Shown: piece by piece, positions 25,764 to 36,466 of the stretch
How positions within the stretch are numbered: position 1 is the stretch's first letter
How the letters are laid out: every line of letters starts with the position of its first letter
Made by a program: the position numbers and the translations under genes
Assembly: GCA_023515725.1 (NCBI GenBank)
Contig: JALDTO010000154.1
Span: 186,001 to 250,000, forward strand
From: Amoeboaphelidium protococcarum X5
Lineage: Eukaryota; Fungi; Aphelidiomycota
Direction of reading: 5' to 3'
DNA length: 64,000 bases
The notes under the pieces: model-generated
The model's database searches: none
What the model saw: the letters and a program-made list of their open reading frames with translations, nothing else
Told to the model about the DNA's origin: nothing

Positions 25764-27093
25764 ATGTACTAAAATTAATCATCTTAAGTGCGATTCAATT
25801 CTGAGAATAATGATCAAGCGCAGAATCTTCCTGCGTAATGTCAGAGTAAAGAAGTCAATAAGGAGACATACCAGCAAAGTCTCCCGTTCCAGGGAAAGGA
25901 GGCGTACTGTGCTCAATTTTCTAGCTTTACCGAGTTGGAAGGGGATGAAGATAATGGATCTGCTGAGAAATTGCACTGTTTCATTTCCAGCACTGAAGAG
26001 CAGGAGGGAGAGGAAGAAGATGATGTATTCGGCATTGGAGCATTCAATGAGAACTTTATCACTGAAGAAGATTTGACAAGAGCTAGAGAAAAGCTTGATC
26101 CAAGCGATGTGAAAGACGGTACAAATATGATGGACAAGTATCTAGCTGGCCTGTAGAAGTTTGAAGTTCACAAATACAATCTCTCTGGCAATACCATCTA
26201 AATTCAACTGGCTGTAGATTTCGATCTTATCGGTGCCGGAAGTGTTGCATTAGACGCTGCTGGAGCGCGCGTCATTGTTTCAATTCAAATCGTCGGCGGA
26301 GTAGAGCAGTCTTTGACTCTAGCCTTCTCCCAAATTTAGGATTTACGCGTCAAGTCTCTGTCTGATTCCGATCAATCCATTATATGTTGGAGATTACCAG
26401 ACTTTGTTCATTCACTTTAAATACAATGTTTGAATGGTAAGTGTTGTTATCTGAGTTATGGATGTGAATCAAGATTATATGGTGTTCGTGTAGAGAGTGA
26501 TTTGAAAGAGTGCTACTAAATCATGAAGAATGGAAGTAGTGCTGATTTGGATATCCTAGTAAATGGTTCTAATGATCCAATAGGCTTTTAAAAAGATAAT
26601 GTCGGCGATTAAGAAGATTGCCTTTTAAAGTATTCTCTTATCGTTGTATATAGACAATAAGATTTCATCAATCTTTGTAGGACGAAATTACGCGAGCTTG
26701 ATATAGAACTTGAAGAACGGATAGACAGTCTTAGATAAGAGTATGCTCTCAGAAAATAATAACTGATCGATGAAGCTGAACTGACAAAGTTGTAAAAGGT
26801 ACGCATATCACTTAGAATTAAATTCATTCATTAATGCTAGTATATGTAGATTACACTTCTATAGCAAAAAGAAAGAGGCGATAAGTCTTCGAACAATGAT
26901 GTTGAGACGGATATCTGCAAATTATGCTTCGATAACACTGAGGAAATAAGTAAGCACAATTAGAGATGACTTTATAATTTTTAAATATTTCAATGTGTAG
27001 GATTAATACCGTGCAATCATAAGCTCTGTATAAAATGTCATTAAAAGTTCTAAGAAATGGACATTTTATATTGTCCCTGGGATAGAACACTGA
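25764..27093 (+). CDS. Hypothetical protein with acidic patch and C-terminal coiled coil; 3' exon structure uncertain
   Basis: Long table-6 open frame from ATG 25764; probable introns ending TGTAG at ~26849 and ~27000. No family recognised. Confidence 0.5.
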
Positions 27094-27212
27094 TCAGTGA
27101 GATGAAGAACGATGAGGTGAAATGAAACTGATTCGTCGCGTTCTTTGTACTTTTCTCTCTCAGTATATTTCAATCGAATCAATCACCATAAGACGCTCGC
27201 GATTCACACAAT

Positions 27213-27608
27213 ATGAGTGAGCAAAGCACTGCAATTTAAGGTGTACCTGTATCAGGGAGAAACTGGAAAGACAACAGAATATGTGTAAAAGCATCCTTGC
27301 GAACATAGTCCAAGAGTGTACACGATAGATTTAATGATAGGAAAGCCCGCGATAACGCGTAAAAATTGATCAAATTGAGAGAGGCCGAGTTGAAGGCGGA
27401 GACTGAGCAGTAGAAGCAGCGTGTCAAAGAGTTGAGGCAGGAGAGAGCTGAGCGTCAGAAGAAGAATGAGAAGAAGGCTGAGTAATTTCAGGTGATTACA
27501 AATGTCCGCAAGCTCAAGAGGCTCAAGAAGAAGCAGATGCGCGGTATTGTAAAGAAGAACGCGTCTGATTTCCTCAAGCCTAAAGTATACGGCAAGTTGG
27601 ATGACTGA
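27213..27608 (+). CDS. CCDC86/Cgr1-family nucleolar protein, 131 aa
   Basis: GVPVSGRNWK and NEKKAE(Q)FQVITNVRKLKRLKKKQMR. Confidence 0.85.
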
Positions 27609-27821
27609 AAGTTGTTGGTCTTGTAGTGTGATATTGCGAATACATTCATTAATGATATTCAGTAATTTAGAAAATATTTTCTGAATTAGATTTTGAGTTT
27701 GTCTCTTCTCATAATCGCTTTGTAACAGAGAAATGGGGAGGCTTCATCGATCAGATGATGATATCGCTCCAAAGCCTTGTATAAAATATGACTTTATTAC
27801 ACTAATACAACTAAAAGCCAA

Positions 27822-29200
27822 TCAAAACACAATTTCATATTTCTTGACACGGGTACTAACTCTCACACCTTTGTAGACATCCTATTTCCCAGTGCCATCG
27901 ACAGACAGTCTTTTTATACCCAACTAGGACATAAGATACCTCTAAACTTGGAACGATACTCTAACGAGTCCAGATGCATTGACATTAGATTACGAGTCCT
28001 TATCACCACCTGGCATCTAAAGTTTTGCCTAGAGTTAACAGACATCCTTTAGAGACAATTTAGAAATAGTCCATTTTATGCATTACTAGGATGATAATGT
28101 CTAATAGTATTCTCCTTAGGTTCCTTAGATGGACATTATAGCTACATCTGAAGGTAATTCAACTGTCACTTCGATATTTTGGATATTCTGCAAATAATCA
28201 GATTTCAATTGTAAGGTAATTGTGAGTAATCCTTATTTACCAGAAAATGATATAGACGGAGTTATGGCAAGAGGAATCTAACTTTAGTCTGTCAATGGAA
28301 CTACATAATCCAGCAACTCACATTATCCATCAGGCGGTATAAACGAGAGAATTCTAGACTCTGAAAACTACTTTAACCGAACACACTAATGAACATGCGA
28401 GGCATCTATATCTATCAAATGTGAGTTTTTCAATTCTAATTATACTTCAGGCATTCCACTTAATCGCGACTTGCATAAAACGGTACCATCGATCTAACCA
28501 ATAACTTTACCACATACTGTTGATATTGAAACGGTCTCAATGATATCCAGATATATCTACTCTTGGCTGTATGAAGCCTTCTGTCTCCACGGCAGCTAAC
28601 TTTCACCAATATGAGAGAGCCTCTGTTAGTATAACTACGAGCTACTTCGCAGTGCTGATTATAAAATATCAAGTTCATAATCTTTATCGCAAACGACTAC
28701 ATTCTTAAGAACTGCTGCCTCTGTGCATTTTACGCGTCCACTGACATCAATCATCTCCTAAAGCAGCAGATATATTTAACATTTGAACTTGTGATCTTAC
28801 ATAATAGCCTAACCAAGAGACTAGCCCGTTAAAGATGATGGAACATATTAGGACACGATTTAAGTCACACGTTCCTGGAATTCAGAAATTGAGATAGCTT
28901 CACTGTATTTTTAACTCAAAGCCACCCACACAGTATCGCTATAAACACGGTAAACCAGTTAGTATTAATCAAGAGGATTGGGAGTAATAGTGAGCATCGA
29001 TAAATCACAGATATCTGTAGTTGATTGCAAATCCAAAGCTTCAAAAATGATAATCTCAATGTCTCTTTCAATTTACAGAGACTTTCTCCATTACGAACTT
29101 AAAAGCAACTATCTACATTATATATCAATTAATTGCTGCTACTTTGAGAATTGTAATTTTGATTTAACATACCCAGACATAGTATATAGTAGCAGAGCAT
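27822..29200 (-). CDS. Adaptor complex medium (mu) subunit, most like AP-3 mu; at least one intron (29113-29172)
   Basis: IYLLL(Q)EMID...TEAAVLK, H(Q)CVRL...ILSFIPPDG, YKGVRVST...YEI. Confidence 0.8.
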
Positions 29201-29304
29201 CCATTCTGCAATTCAACAAATCGAATACAGTTTTGGCTCAGGAGGACAAAGAGAAGAGCGAAACGGCGCTTGTTAATATGTCCAGAAGTACAGTATCTGA
29301 GCAG

Positions 29305-29800
29305 TAGTGTTGGGCAGACTTGGCCGATTTTGACTCAAGTCGACTGACTCAAGTCAAAATGTGATTTGACTTGGACTTGCGAATCCCTGGCGAAGTCAAG
29401 TCAGTCGACTCAAGTTGACTTACTCGGTCTACCATTGTGTTATAACCAGTATGGAGTGAAATGAGTAGTAAAGAGAGCCTTTTCATGGTTTATAGACCAT
29501 TTATAATGATATAATTCCCTAACTGTATTTTGTATATGATTCCTACTCGAATGTTTGGAGAAATTCTATTCTACTGTATACTCAGGTTCTCACGGTATGA
29601 TATCCGTGACCCAAAAATTTCTACAATACCGTGATTTAAAAACATAATGATTAGTATTAAATTGTGAATGACTTTATTATATATTGATAACAAGATATTT
29701 ATATGCAAGGAAAGGCAAGTTAAGGTCAGTTTAGTATTTTCCCCCACATTGACTTACAAGTCGACTTAAGTCTGAGTCAAGTCAAGTCTGCCCAATACTA
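29305..29800. mobile_element. Non-autonomous hAT-type element (MITE), 496 bp
   Basis: 18-bp TIRs tagtgttgggcagacttg / caagtctgcccaatacta (1 mismatch); exact 8-bp TSD ctgagcag at 29297-29304 and 29801-29808; many subterminal gactcaagtc/gactt motifs. Confidence 0.93.
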
Positions 29801-29806
29801 CTGAGC

Positions 29807-30311
29807 AGCCAGCTCAAAGTATATTACTGCGGTCGAGTGAAATTTAGTACTCAAAAGTCCCATTCAGAAATGTGGGACATTTGTCCCAGTTGGCCAAACG
29901 CGATGTGGGACATTTGTCCCACTTTCAATTGAGTGTATGAAACAGTTGATTAAGAGCAGCTAACTACTTGTTGGTATGTTCAATAACATTTAAATAGCCT
30001 GCTTAAAGTATACTACTGCGGTTGAGTGAAATTTAGGTACTCAAAAGTCCCTTTCAAAAATGTGGGACATTTGTCCCACTTTCAGTTGAGTGTATGAAAC
30101 AGTTGATCAATAGCACATTTTTACTTGTTGGTATGTCCAATAGTATTTAAATAGCCAGCTCAAAGTATACTACTGCGGCCGAGTCATATTTAGTACTCAA
30201 AAGTCCCATTCAAAAATGTGGGACATTTGTCCCAGTTGGCCAAACGCGATGTGGGACATTTGTCCCACTTTCAGTTGAGTATATGAAACAGTTGATTAAG
30301 AGCACATTTTT
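29807..30311. repeat. Tandem array of 3 units (189, 157, ~159 bp) with five (G)TGGGACA-TT-TGTCCCA(C) palindromes
   Basis: Units start at 29807, 29996 and 30153; palindromes at 29873, 29905, 30062, 30219, 30251. Confidence 0.92.
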
Positions 30312-30352
30312 ACATTTTAAGCGAATCACAACAAAGTAGTTCAAGCGTGGTG

Positions 30353-30816
30353 TCAAACGCGACGATTCCAATCAGGGAGTGCATTCTCTACTCTCCGCAA
30401 AATATACTACCATCAGTAGCATGCTTTAAGTTGCGTTGACATCCCGATCCACGAAGTAAGGTTGGCCTAAGACTTAGCAAGTTGGGCAAACGCTCAGCCT
30501 TGACTCCACCTACTTCTGTTGACGGTCAGGACAGTTGGACGATACATGCAGAAAGGAGCCATTAGCATCAAAGCAACAGAGCACAGGGTGGGACAACTTG
30601 GGGCGCGCCTTCTCTTCTTCTTAACGTGACGATAGAGAAACCAACCTTTTCCAATCCCCCCCCCCCATGGTGGCAACATGAGCAGAGCTTTGTACTGTGG
30701 TATCTGGGGACGGAGACGACCAATCCACGACGACTGAGGCGACGCGTTAAATCTACAACGGGCACTGGTGGATTTTTATTGACATGCATCATGCCAGCAT
30801 TAATCACTAAAAACAT
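30353..30816 (-). pseudogene. Truncated, frameshifted Fanzor/TnpB-like remnant (C-terminal RuvC-II, Zn finger, RuvC-III)
   Basis: PVPVVDLTRRLSRRGLVVSVPRYHSTKLCSCC, frameshift at the C11 run 30656-30666, then CPTC...FVDRDVNAT and TGA 30353. No RuvC-I seen. Confidence 0.8.
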
Positions 30817-31402
30817 ATCCCTTAAGTCTGTTCGACTTTTGAATATATATATTGTTGATTAAACGCTCGTTGGATTCAATTCTCATCTTACTATGATTGT
30901 AGGTAAACGAGGCGATTGAAGCATCTGTTACAAGCGTCAGCAACCTGAGGGTAGAGTCTGTTAAGAGGAACCAAAAAAGTAAAAAATATACTGTAGCCGT
31001 TCAGTGTATACTGCAGCTATCAGCCGATTATTCGAAGTCATAATCAGAAGACTCTTTTACTATGACAAATCTCTACATTAAGCCTTGATGTGTACCAATA
31101 TAATCGCGCACAAACAAAACTACCATGTAAGCGTAAATCGAAGTACAATAATGCGTAATATATTTAACAAAATGTATAGCGCTTGATCAAAATATATATC
31201 GATCATTGATCAACCGATGATTAACTTCATTAGATGTTCCATAGACGCATTGGTCACTTCTCAATTTAGCGGCTGTCTATATCTTGTGCCAAGATCTTAA
31301 CGTTGATCTGCTTCCTCCTATCTATAGTAACTACTTGACTTAGCGGTTAAAATTAGATTTGGCAAAGCGGGACTCCATTTTGAGATTCGTCCGAGCCATT
31401 TG

Positions 31403-31437
31403 CTGCCAATCATAAAGTTGGGTTTTTGGGTATAAAA
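31403..31437 (+). promoter_or_regulatory. Candidate Pol II promoter of the Fanzor gene (CCAAT + TATAAAA)
   Basis: ccaat at ~31406 and tataaaa at 31431-31437, about 50 nt upstream of ATG 31483. Confidence 0.4.
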
Positions 31438-31482
31438 GCGTAATCGGACTGGTTTCAACTCTTTTCTTCAATAAAATCAGAA

Positions 31483-33573
31483 ATGGCAGATCCCCCTATA
31501 GAGGTAGCTGATATCGGTGGTGCCTTACCGCCGCGTAAACGTCAACGAGAAGTAAATTGTAAAGCATGTGGTCGCGACGATCACAAGCGCTCATCCAGCA
31601 AACTGTGTCCCAATTATGTCCCTCGTGCAAAAAATGCTGCCAAACCACAAGATAATATGGGAATACCTGTAGCTGAAGCCTAAGTAGCTGTACCTATTGG
31701 TTTGAATGTATTTTGCAAAATCGACGCGGTGAAGCATGAGATAAGTGATTTGGTTTCGCGTTGTACTGATCTCAAAGTTGAGACATGCAGACTTCTCCTG
31801 TCTTTCGTGCTTAATCATTTGGTATACAATCCTGACACTCCAATGCCAGACATCCGCTTTGGCGCAAATGGGTAGATGCGTAACTTCTTCAGCTCTTTGA
31901 TTGCTAATCCTAGGCGGCGTGATCTGCTTAATCGTAATACCTGCAACTGGGCGGCTTTAAACGAGTTTATTGAAGCACACTATGTACCTCGCCGTCCTGC
32001 TGACTTGTTTTGGTGTGACATGCGAGGCTACTCAAACATGGTTACTGCCTTGGCATCAGCTCACAATGACGATTGCGCTAGACATATAAGCACAAACTTG
32101 CCATCAAGGCTGAAACAATGGCTGCGCCACAAGTTTCGAAAACACCTCGGCTTCTGTTTGGAGGAGGATGATGTTTGCACCCTTGCTGTTTATGTCTTGG
32201 CGTTGATAGACCCACCTGAAGATATTGAAGAAATGCCTCCTTATCCTGCAGAAATCATCGACAATTGTGGTGACGGAGAATTGGTGGTGTATTACATGGA
32301 CTACTACGAGACGCGTGCACGTCAATACATCCTTTGCAATCTCCCAATGGATAAGGCTAGTCTTCAGAACAACTGGCATCTGTATCTGAAGTCCATGTGG
32401 CGAATCCTTCGTACATTTGAAAATAACCATCAAATGTATGAGGAGGAGTATCTGCTAAACAATGAAGGTCCTCTACTAAACGTTTACGCGTTGCTGCCTC
32501 TAAATGGATTTACGCAGAAACACATCCTGATCACCTCCAATGTGCTGAAGGAGATATGTGTTGCTGCTAATCTGCCAGATGTCCGTCAGATGGATGTTCA
32601 CGCTTTGTGGTCACAATGTTTCAAGTTGAACAAGGTCTCCACTACTGGCAATCAGAGAAGACGTTTTGGCTACTCCATAACATCCGATGGTGTTGGCTGT
32701 TCTGCTTCCGTTTTACGTCCTGCCTATCCTGCCCCTCCTGCTAGCCGCTACGGGTTCGCTTTCGATGGTACCGGATATTAACCGCTGGATGTAAACAATG
32801 AGACTCGCGTTATCGGGATTGACGTCAATCGTGGCGTGCTTTTGGCTGCTTCTTGTGGTCCTGATGACCGGATTGCAGATGTTCCAACCGATCAGACGCC
32901 GTTTGCTGATGGAACGCATGAGCTGGTGTACACGACTGCTAGATGGCGTGAAGAGAACGGAGAAAAGTTTGGTGAAAAGAAGAAGGCTGAATGGAATGAA
33001 ATAGCTCCAGAGGTCGTTAATGCCATGGCCCAGATTCCTTCCGCCAAATCAACTTCGTTTCTGGGGATCATCTAACATTTGCAGTACGTACTGCAACATA
33101 GAGATGCATTCACTGGCTTCTACCGTCCTGAGATGTGGCGAAAGCTGAGGAGAAAGCTATTCTCCAAGCGCCAAAGGGCCTATGACAATTTGGCGCGTAT
33201 GCTGACTCTCCGCCAAGATGGTTAGTTTGACCATAACACCATCATTGCATACGGCGCTGGCAACTTTGACACTGCGTCTCCTGGATATCCTGCGACTCCT
33301 AACAAGCGGCTGTTTTATGAGCTGAAGAAACGCTGCAGAGTCCGCTTGGTCCCTGAATATCGAACCAGTCAAAGATGTAGTAATTGCGAGTTTGAGCTTG
33401 GTCAATCACGAGTATGGAGAATTAAGCATTGTCCAAATAACAATTGTTTAGCTATCTGGCACCGTGATGTGAATGCAGCACGTAACATTCGCTACATCTT
33501 TCTGGCAAGAAATCGTGACGGTGGTGAAAGGCCGGTTCCATTTCGATACGATCCTCCTCGTCCTCAATAATGA
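31483..33573 (+). CDS. Fanzor1-type RNA-guided endonuclease (eukaryotic TnpB/Cas12 relative), 696 aa, intact in table 6
   Basis: Four supplied ORFs join in one frame across TAR codons. SITSDGV; RuvC-I VIGIDVNRG; IAYGAGNF; RuvC-II VPEYRTSQRCSNC; CPNNNC; RuvC-III WHRDVNAARNI. N-terminal PPRKRQR and CxxCGxxxH...C. Confidence 0.92.
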
Positions 33574-33670
33574 TCAGTCCAGGCTCCGCGCGCAACAGTC
33601 TGATCGGCGGTGCAAATCCGTTGCTGTCCCTAGTTTGCTTGATTGTGAAAAATACAGTAAGAGCACATGT
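33571..33670 (+). ncRNA. Candidate Fanzor omegaRNA scaffold
   Basis: Lies directly after the stop. Three consecutive stems: gatcag/ctgatc; cggcgg-tgcaaat-ccgttg; tgct..attgt/acagt..agca. Boundaries are inferred. Confidence 0.4.
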
Positions 33671-33710
33671 ATACTTTGACGAGGTTTGTTCTTCCTTTTT
33701 CTTGACAAGG

Positions 33711-33738
33711 CTGCCGCGCGCGCGTGCGCGCGCGGTGG
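33711..33738. other. Perfect GC hairpin, possible element end
   Basis: ccgcgcgcgc-gt-gcgcgcgcgg (33714-33735) in an otherwise AT-rich context. Confidence 0.75.
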
Positions 33739-34634
33739 TAAGAGTTAGAATTCATGAGTTTAACTTTTTAAATGAGAATAATTTTTTTAATAACAATTAA
33801 GAGTATTCGAAAATTTTTATCATTCATTAATTTCACGCATTGACGACACTTCAATCTCCTGATAGATAGTTCATGCAATTTTTCTTCTTTTGCGACGCGA
33901 CGACTTCTGAGTAGTAATTATTTCCGTTGCAGATGCTTGAGGCGATTTCCCGTCATCCACCATATCGAGAGCTTCAGTTTACACGGATTTGGATTACTCC
34001 AAGGATGGCTGCTCATTCATAGACCCGGCCGCATTGTTACTTGGCGATGTAGAAGATGGTGGGACCCTTCTGTTAGAAGACTGCTAAGACGATGAGTACT
34101 GCACAGACGATTCAGATTAAGACTTTAATACTTGATCGCGACCCACACGTTGTTTCTTGTTGGACCAAAATGTGCCAGCTTTAACAGGCGTACTTGCGGC
34201 CGGAGTTGCACGTATTTGCTATACAACTGACTGTTTGAGTTTAATCTCGTTTTGCGTTATACTTTGCAAAAGGCCATGACTAACCAACGTGCTACCGATT
34301 GACGCACTGGATAACCCTCTGCCATAATGCTACTCCATGTACTCTGATTTGGCAGTGAAAGTTTGGGTTTTTTTTTGCAGCCGAAACATAGGTGTCAACC
34401 GTTGTGGTTACAACTCCGGCCTGTTTCAACGCTATAGGACCAAACTTCTGATTGGCCCGCCATTCCAATATCTTGATCCAGCCAATTAGTGGCCAAGTTG
34501 AGCATTTCCACAGCTACTAGCCGGATTTCAACTACGCTTCCCCATGTCCATAATCCTTTTCCTCATTAACCACTGTACTTGGTCAAAATAATCGTATCAC
34601 AAATCAAATCAAATCTACTGCAAGAAAAGAAATC

Positions 34635-34970
34635 ATACCTACTTATTTTAATGGTGTTGTCGGCTTTATCAGTGCCCAGGACTAGCTTGGCACTCCTGTC
34701 TCCAAGCAGGGTTCCGCGGTGAGTTACAAGTATCCTCTGATGGTGGATGGCGTCTGCGCCACCGAAGCTGACATCGAATAGTCGATCCGTCTATCAGTCT
34801 GGCCTAATGATCAAAAGTTAATTGAAGTCCCTCACTTGGATGAGACTTATATGGTGTCCGGCGAACTGCACGTAAGTGATACCGGTATTCCTACTGTTGT
34901 GGTTGAACGAATGTTTCGTATTGAGCTCATGTGCGAGTACATTCCAATCCCAATGGTGTCAGTGAGATGA
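34635..34970 (+). pseudogene. OB-fold-like ORF remnant (111 codons, begins ATA)
   Basis: SIRLSVWPNDQKLIEVPHLDETYMVSGELHV...PTVVVERM has the strand-helix-strand pattern of ssDNA-binding OB folds. Judged by eye only. Confidence 0.35.
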
Positions 34971-35247
34971 TCTATTTATAAGTGTCACAATTGGTGTCAC
35001 AATTGGTGAACGTTTGAACTTATCAGTAGAAAGAAGAAGTAGACGACGATCTGTTGGTCAAAGCGGCCGAGACGATCGTCAATTCGCTTTAGAGCGCGCA
35101 CATTGTCAGGTAAATTCAGGCAGAGTAGAACTCCGTTCATAATTGCTAACAATAGAAACAATCAAAAATAGTGTATCATAAATTCACTAATTCACAATAA
35201 ATCATTATAGAAATGACTGACCACAGATTCACATATAAAACAGTATA

Positions 35248-36126
35248 TCATTGCCGAAATGGCTGATGAAGAGCCTGATATAAACGCCGTCGTTTTAATT
35301 TACCAAAGCCAACACAAAGTCCAAGTTCTTCTTCAGTGGCATTAACTAGAGCTTCGAAAGAGCCAAATCGAGCCATCAGTGTCAGCACATCATTCTTATT
35401 CAGCCCCTTGACACTCGTAAGTACATTATGTAAATGCTCACCCTCCTTGACACGTCCCTTTAATACATCTGCCGATTTGTTGTAAAGTGTAGAATAAGAC
35501 GATATAATTTACGCAGCCTCTTCAAACGACCAGCTCAGCATCAGTGTGTGGTTGGACGCTATACTCAGTTTCGTCATCTCCCGAAGCACACTAGTACAAT
35601 CGTCAATATCCACAATTAAAATAAGGACTCTTAATTAAAAGCTATTCGGAGGGATCTCTTTGACTCGTTCATAGACATACGATGGATGCAGTCGGTGATA
35701 CTTGCAACTAAGAAACAGGATACCAGTTGTAGCATTAGGAACGTAATCAGTCAACATCATTTAGTCGAAAGCGAACGGAACTGTCAAGGCTTTTATCAGC
35801 GGATTGCCCTTCTACCTGGGATTTATCTGCACAGTCTATCGCTACTACAATTGTTACTAGTTCTACCGAGATTAATTCTACTGTTATGTCTGTTATGACT
35901 TATCCACGATAGAGCGCGAATTATTCGCAGCGTCAAGCTGATCAGGACGTTCCGAAATGGCCAATCTCATAGTTGATGACGACGATTACGGAGCAGCGTC
36001 CAGTTATGGAGATACATCAGTGGATGTAGCTGGACCTTTATCTATGCTTCTTTAATTCAAAACACGCGAAGAAGATTGCTAGTTCTATCGCGAATCAACT
36101 TCTTCTGCATTAGGAATACGAAACAT
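35248..36126 (-). CDS. ERCC1: DNA excision repair protein ERCC1/Rad10, 292 aa
   Basis: INPR(Q)KGNPL, LFLSCKYHRLHPSY, LSWSFEEAA, LTSVKGLNKND...FGS, GFGKLK...LHQPF. Confidence 0.93.
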
Positions 36127-36466
36127 TAAGCTTAACTGGGATAATACTTTGAAGTGCTTTCCGAGTAATAAAAGTACAAAACAGAGTAATTTAGTAGGAA
36201 GACTCGACGAGAAAGTTTAAACGCGCTCTTTGTTGAGTTAACTCTCATTCCAACGCTGTTGAATATTCTTTCGTCTGTCGTCGCGTCTCTTGTTTCCTCT
36301 CTATTTCGTATTAGCAGAGAGCTTTACTACATCGAGTCTATTTCTGTTGTAGATTCTCTATAGTTTTGGTCATTCTGTATATAAGTATAAAGTCGCTACA
36401 TACACCATTTGATTAATTGTCAATTCCATTTGGGCATTGTATAAAATAAACTTTGAGTCAGTGTGC

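Noticed and set aside
29807-30311. CRISPR array next to a Cas12-like nuclease
   Set aside because: Sequences between the palindromes are themselves repeated; there are no unique spacers and spacing is irregular.
29289-30995. Tc1/mariner ends (TA-CAGTAT ... ATACTG-TA) around the array and dead Fanzor
   Set aside because: Only 6 bp of inverted match in AT-rich DNA; not distinguishable from chance.
33870-34560. Minus-strand low-complexity open frames in the Fanzor island
   Set aside because: Frames are ambiguous around an A-run, with no clear start or domain.
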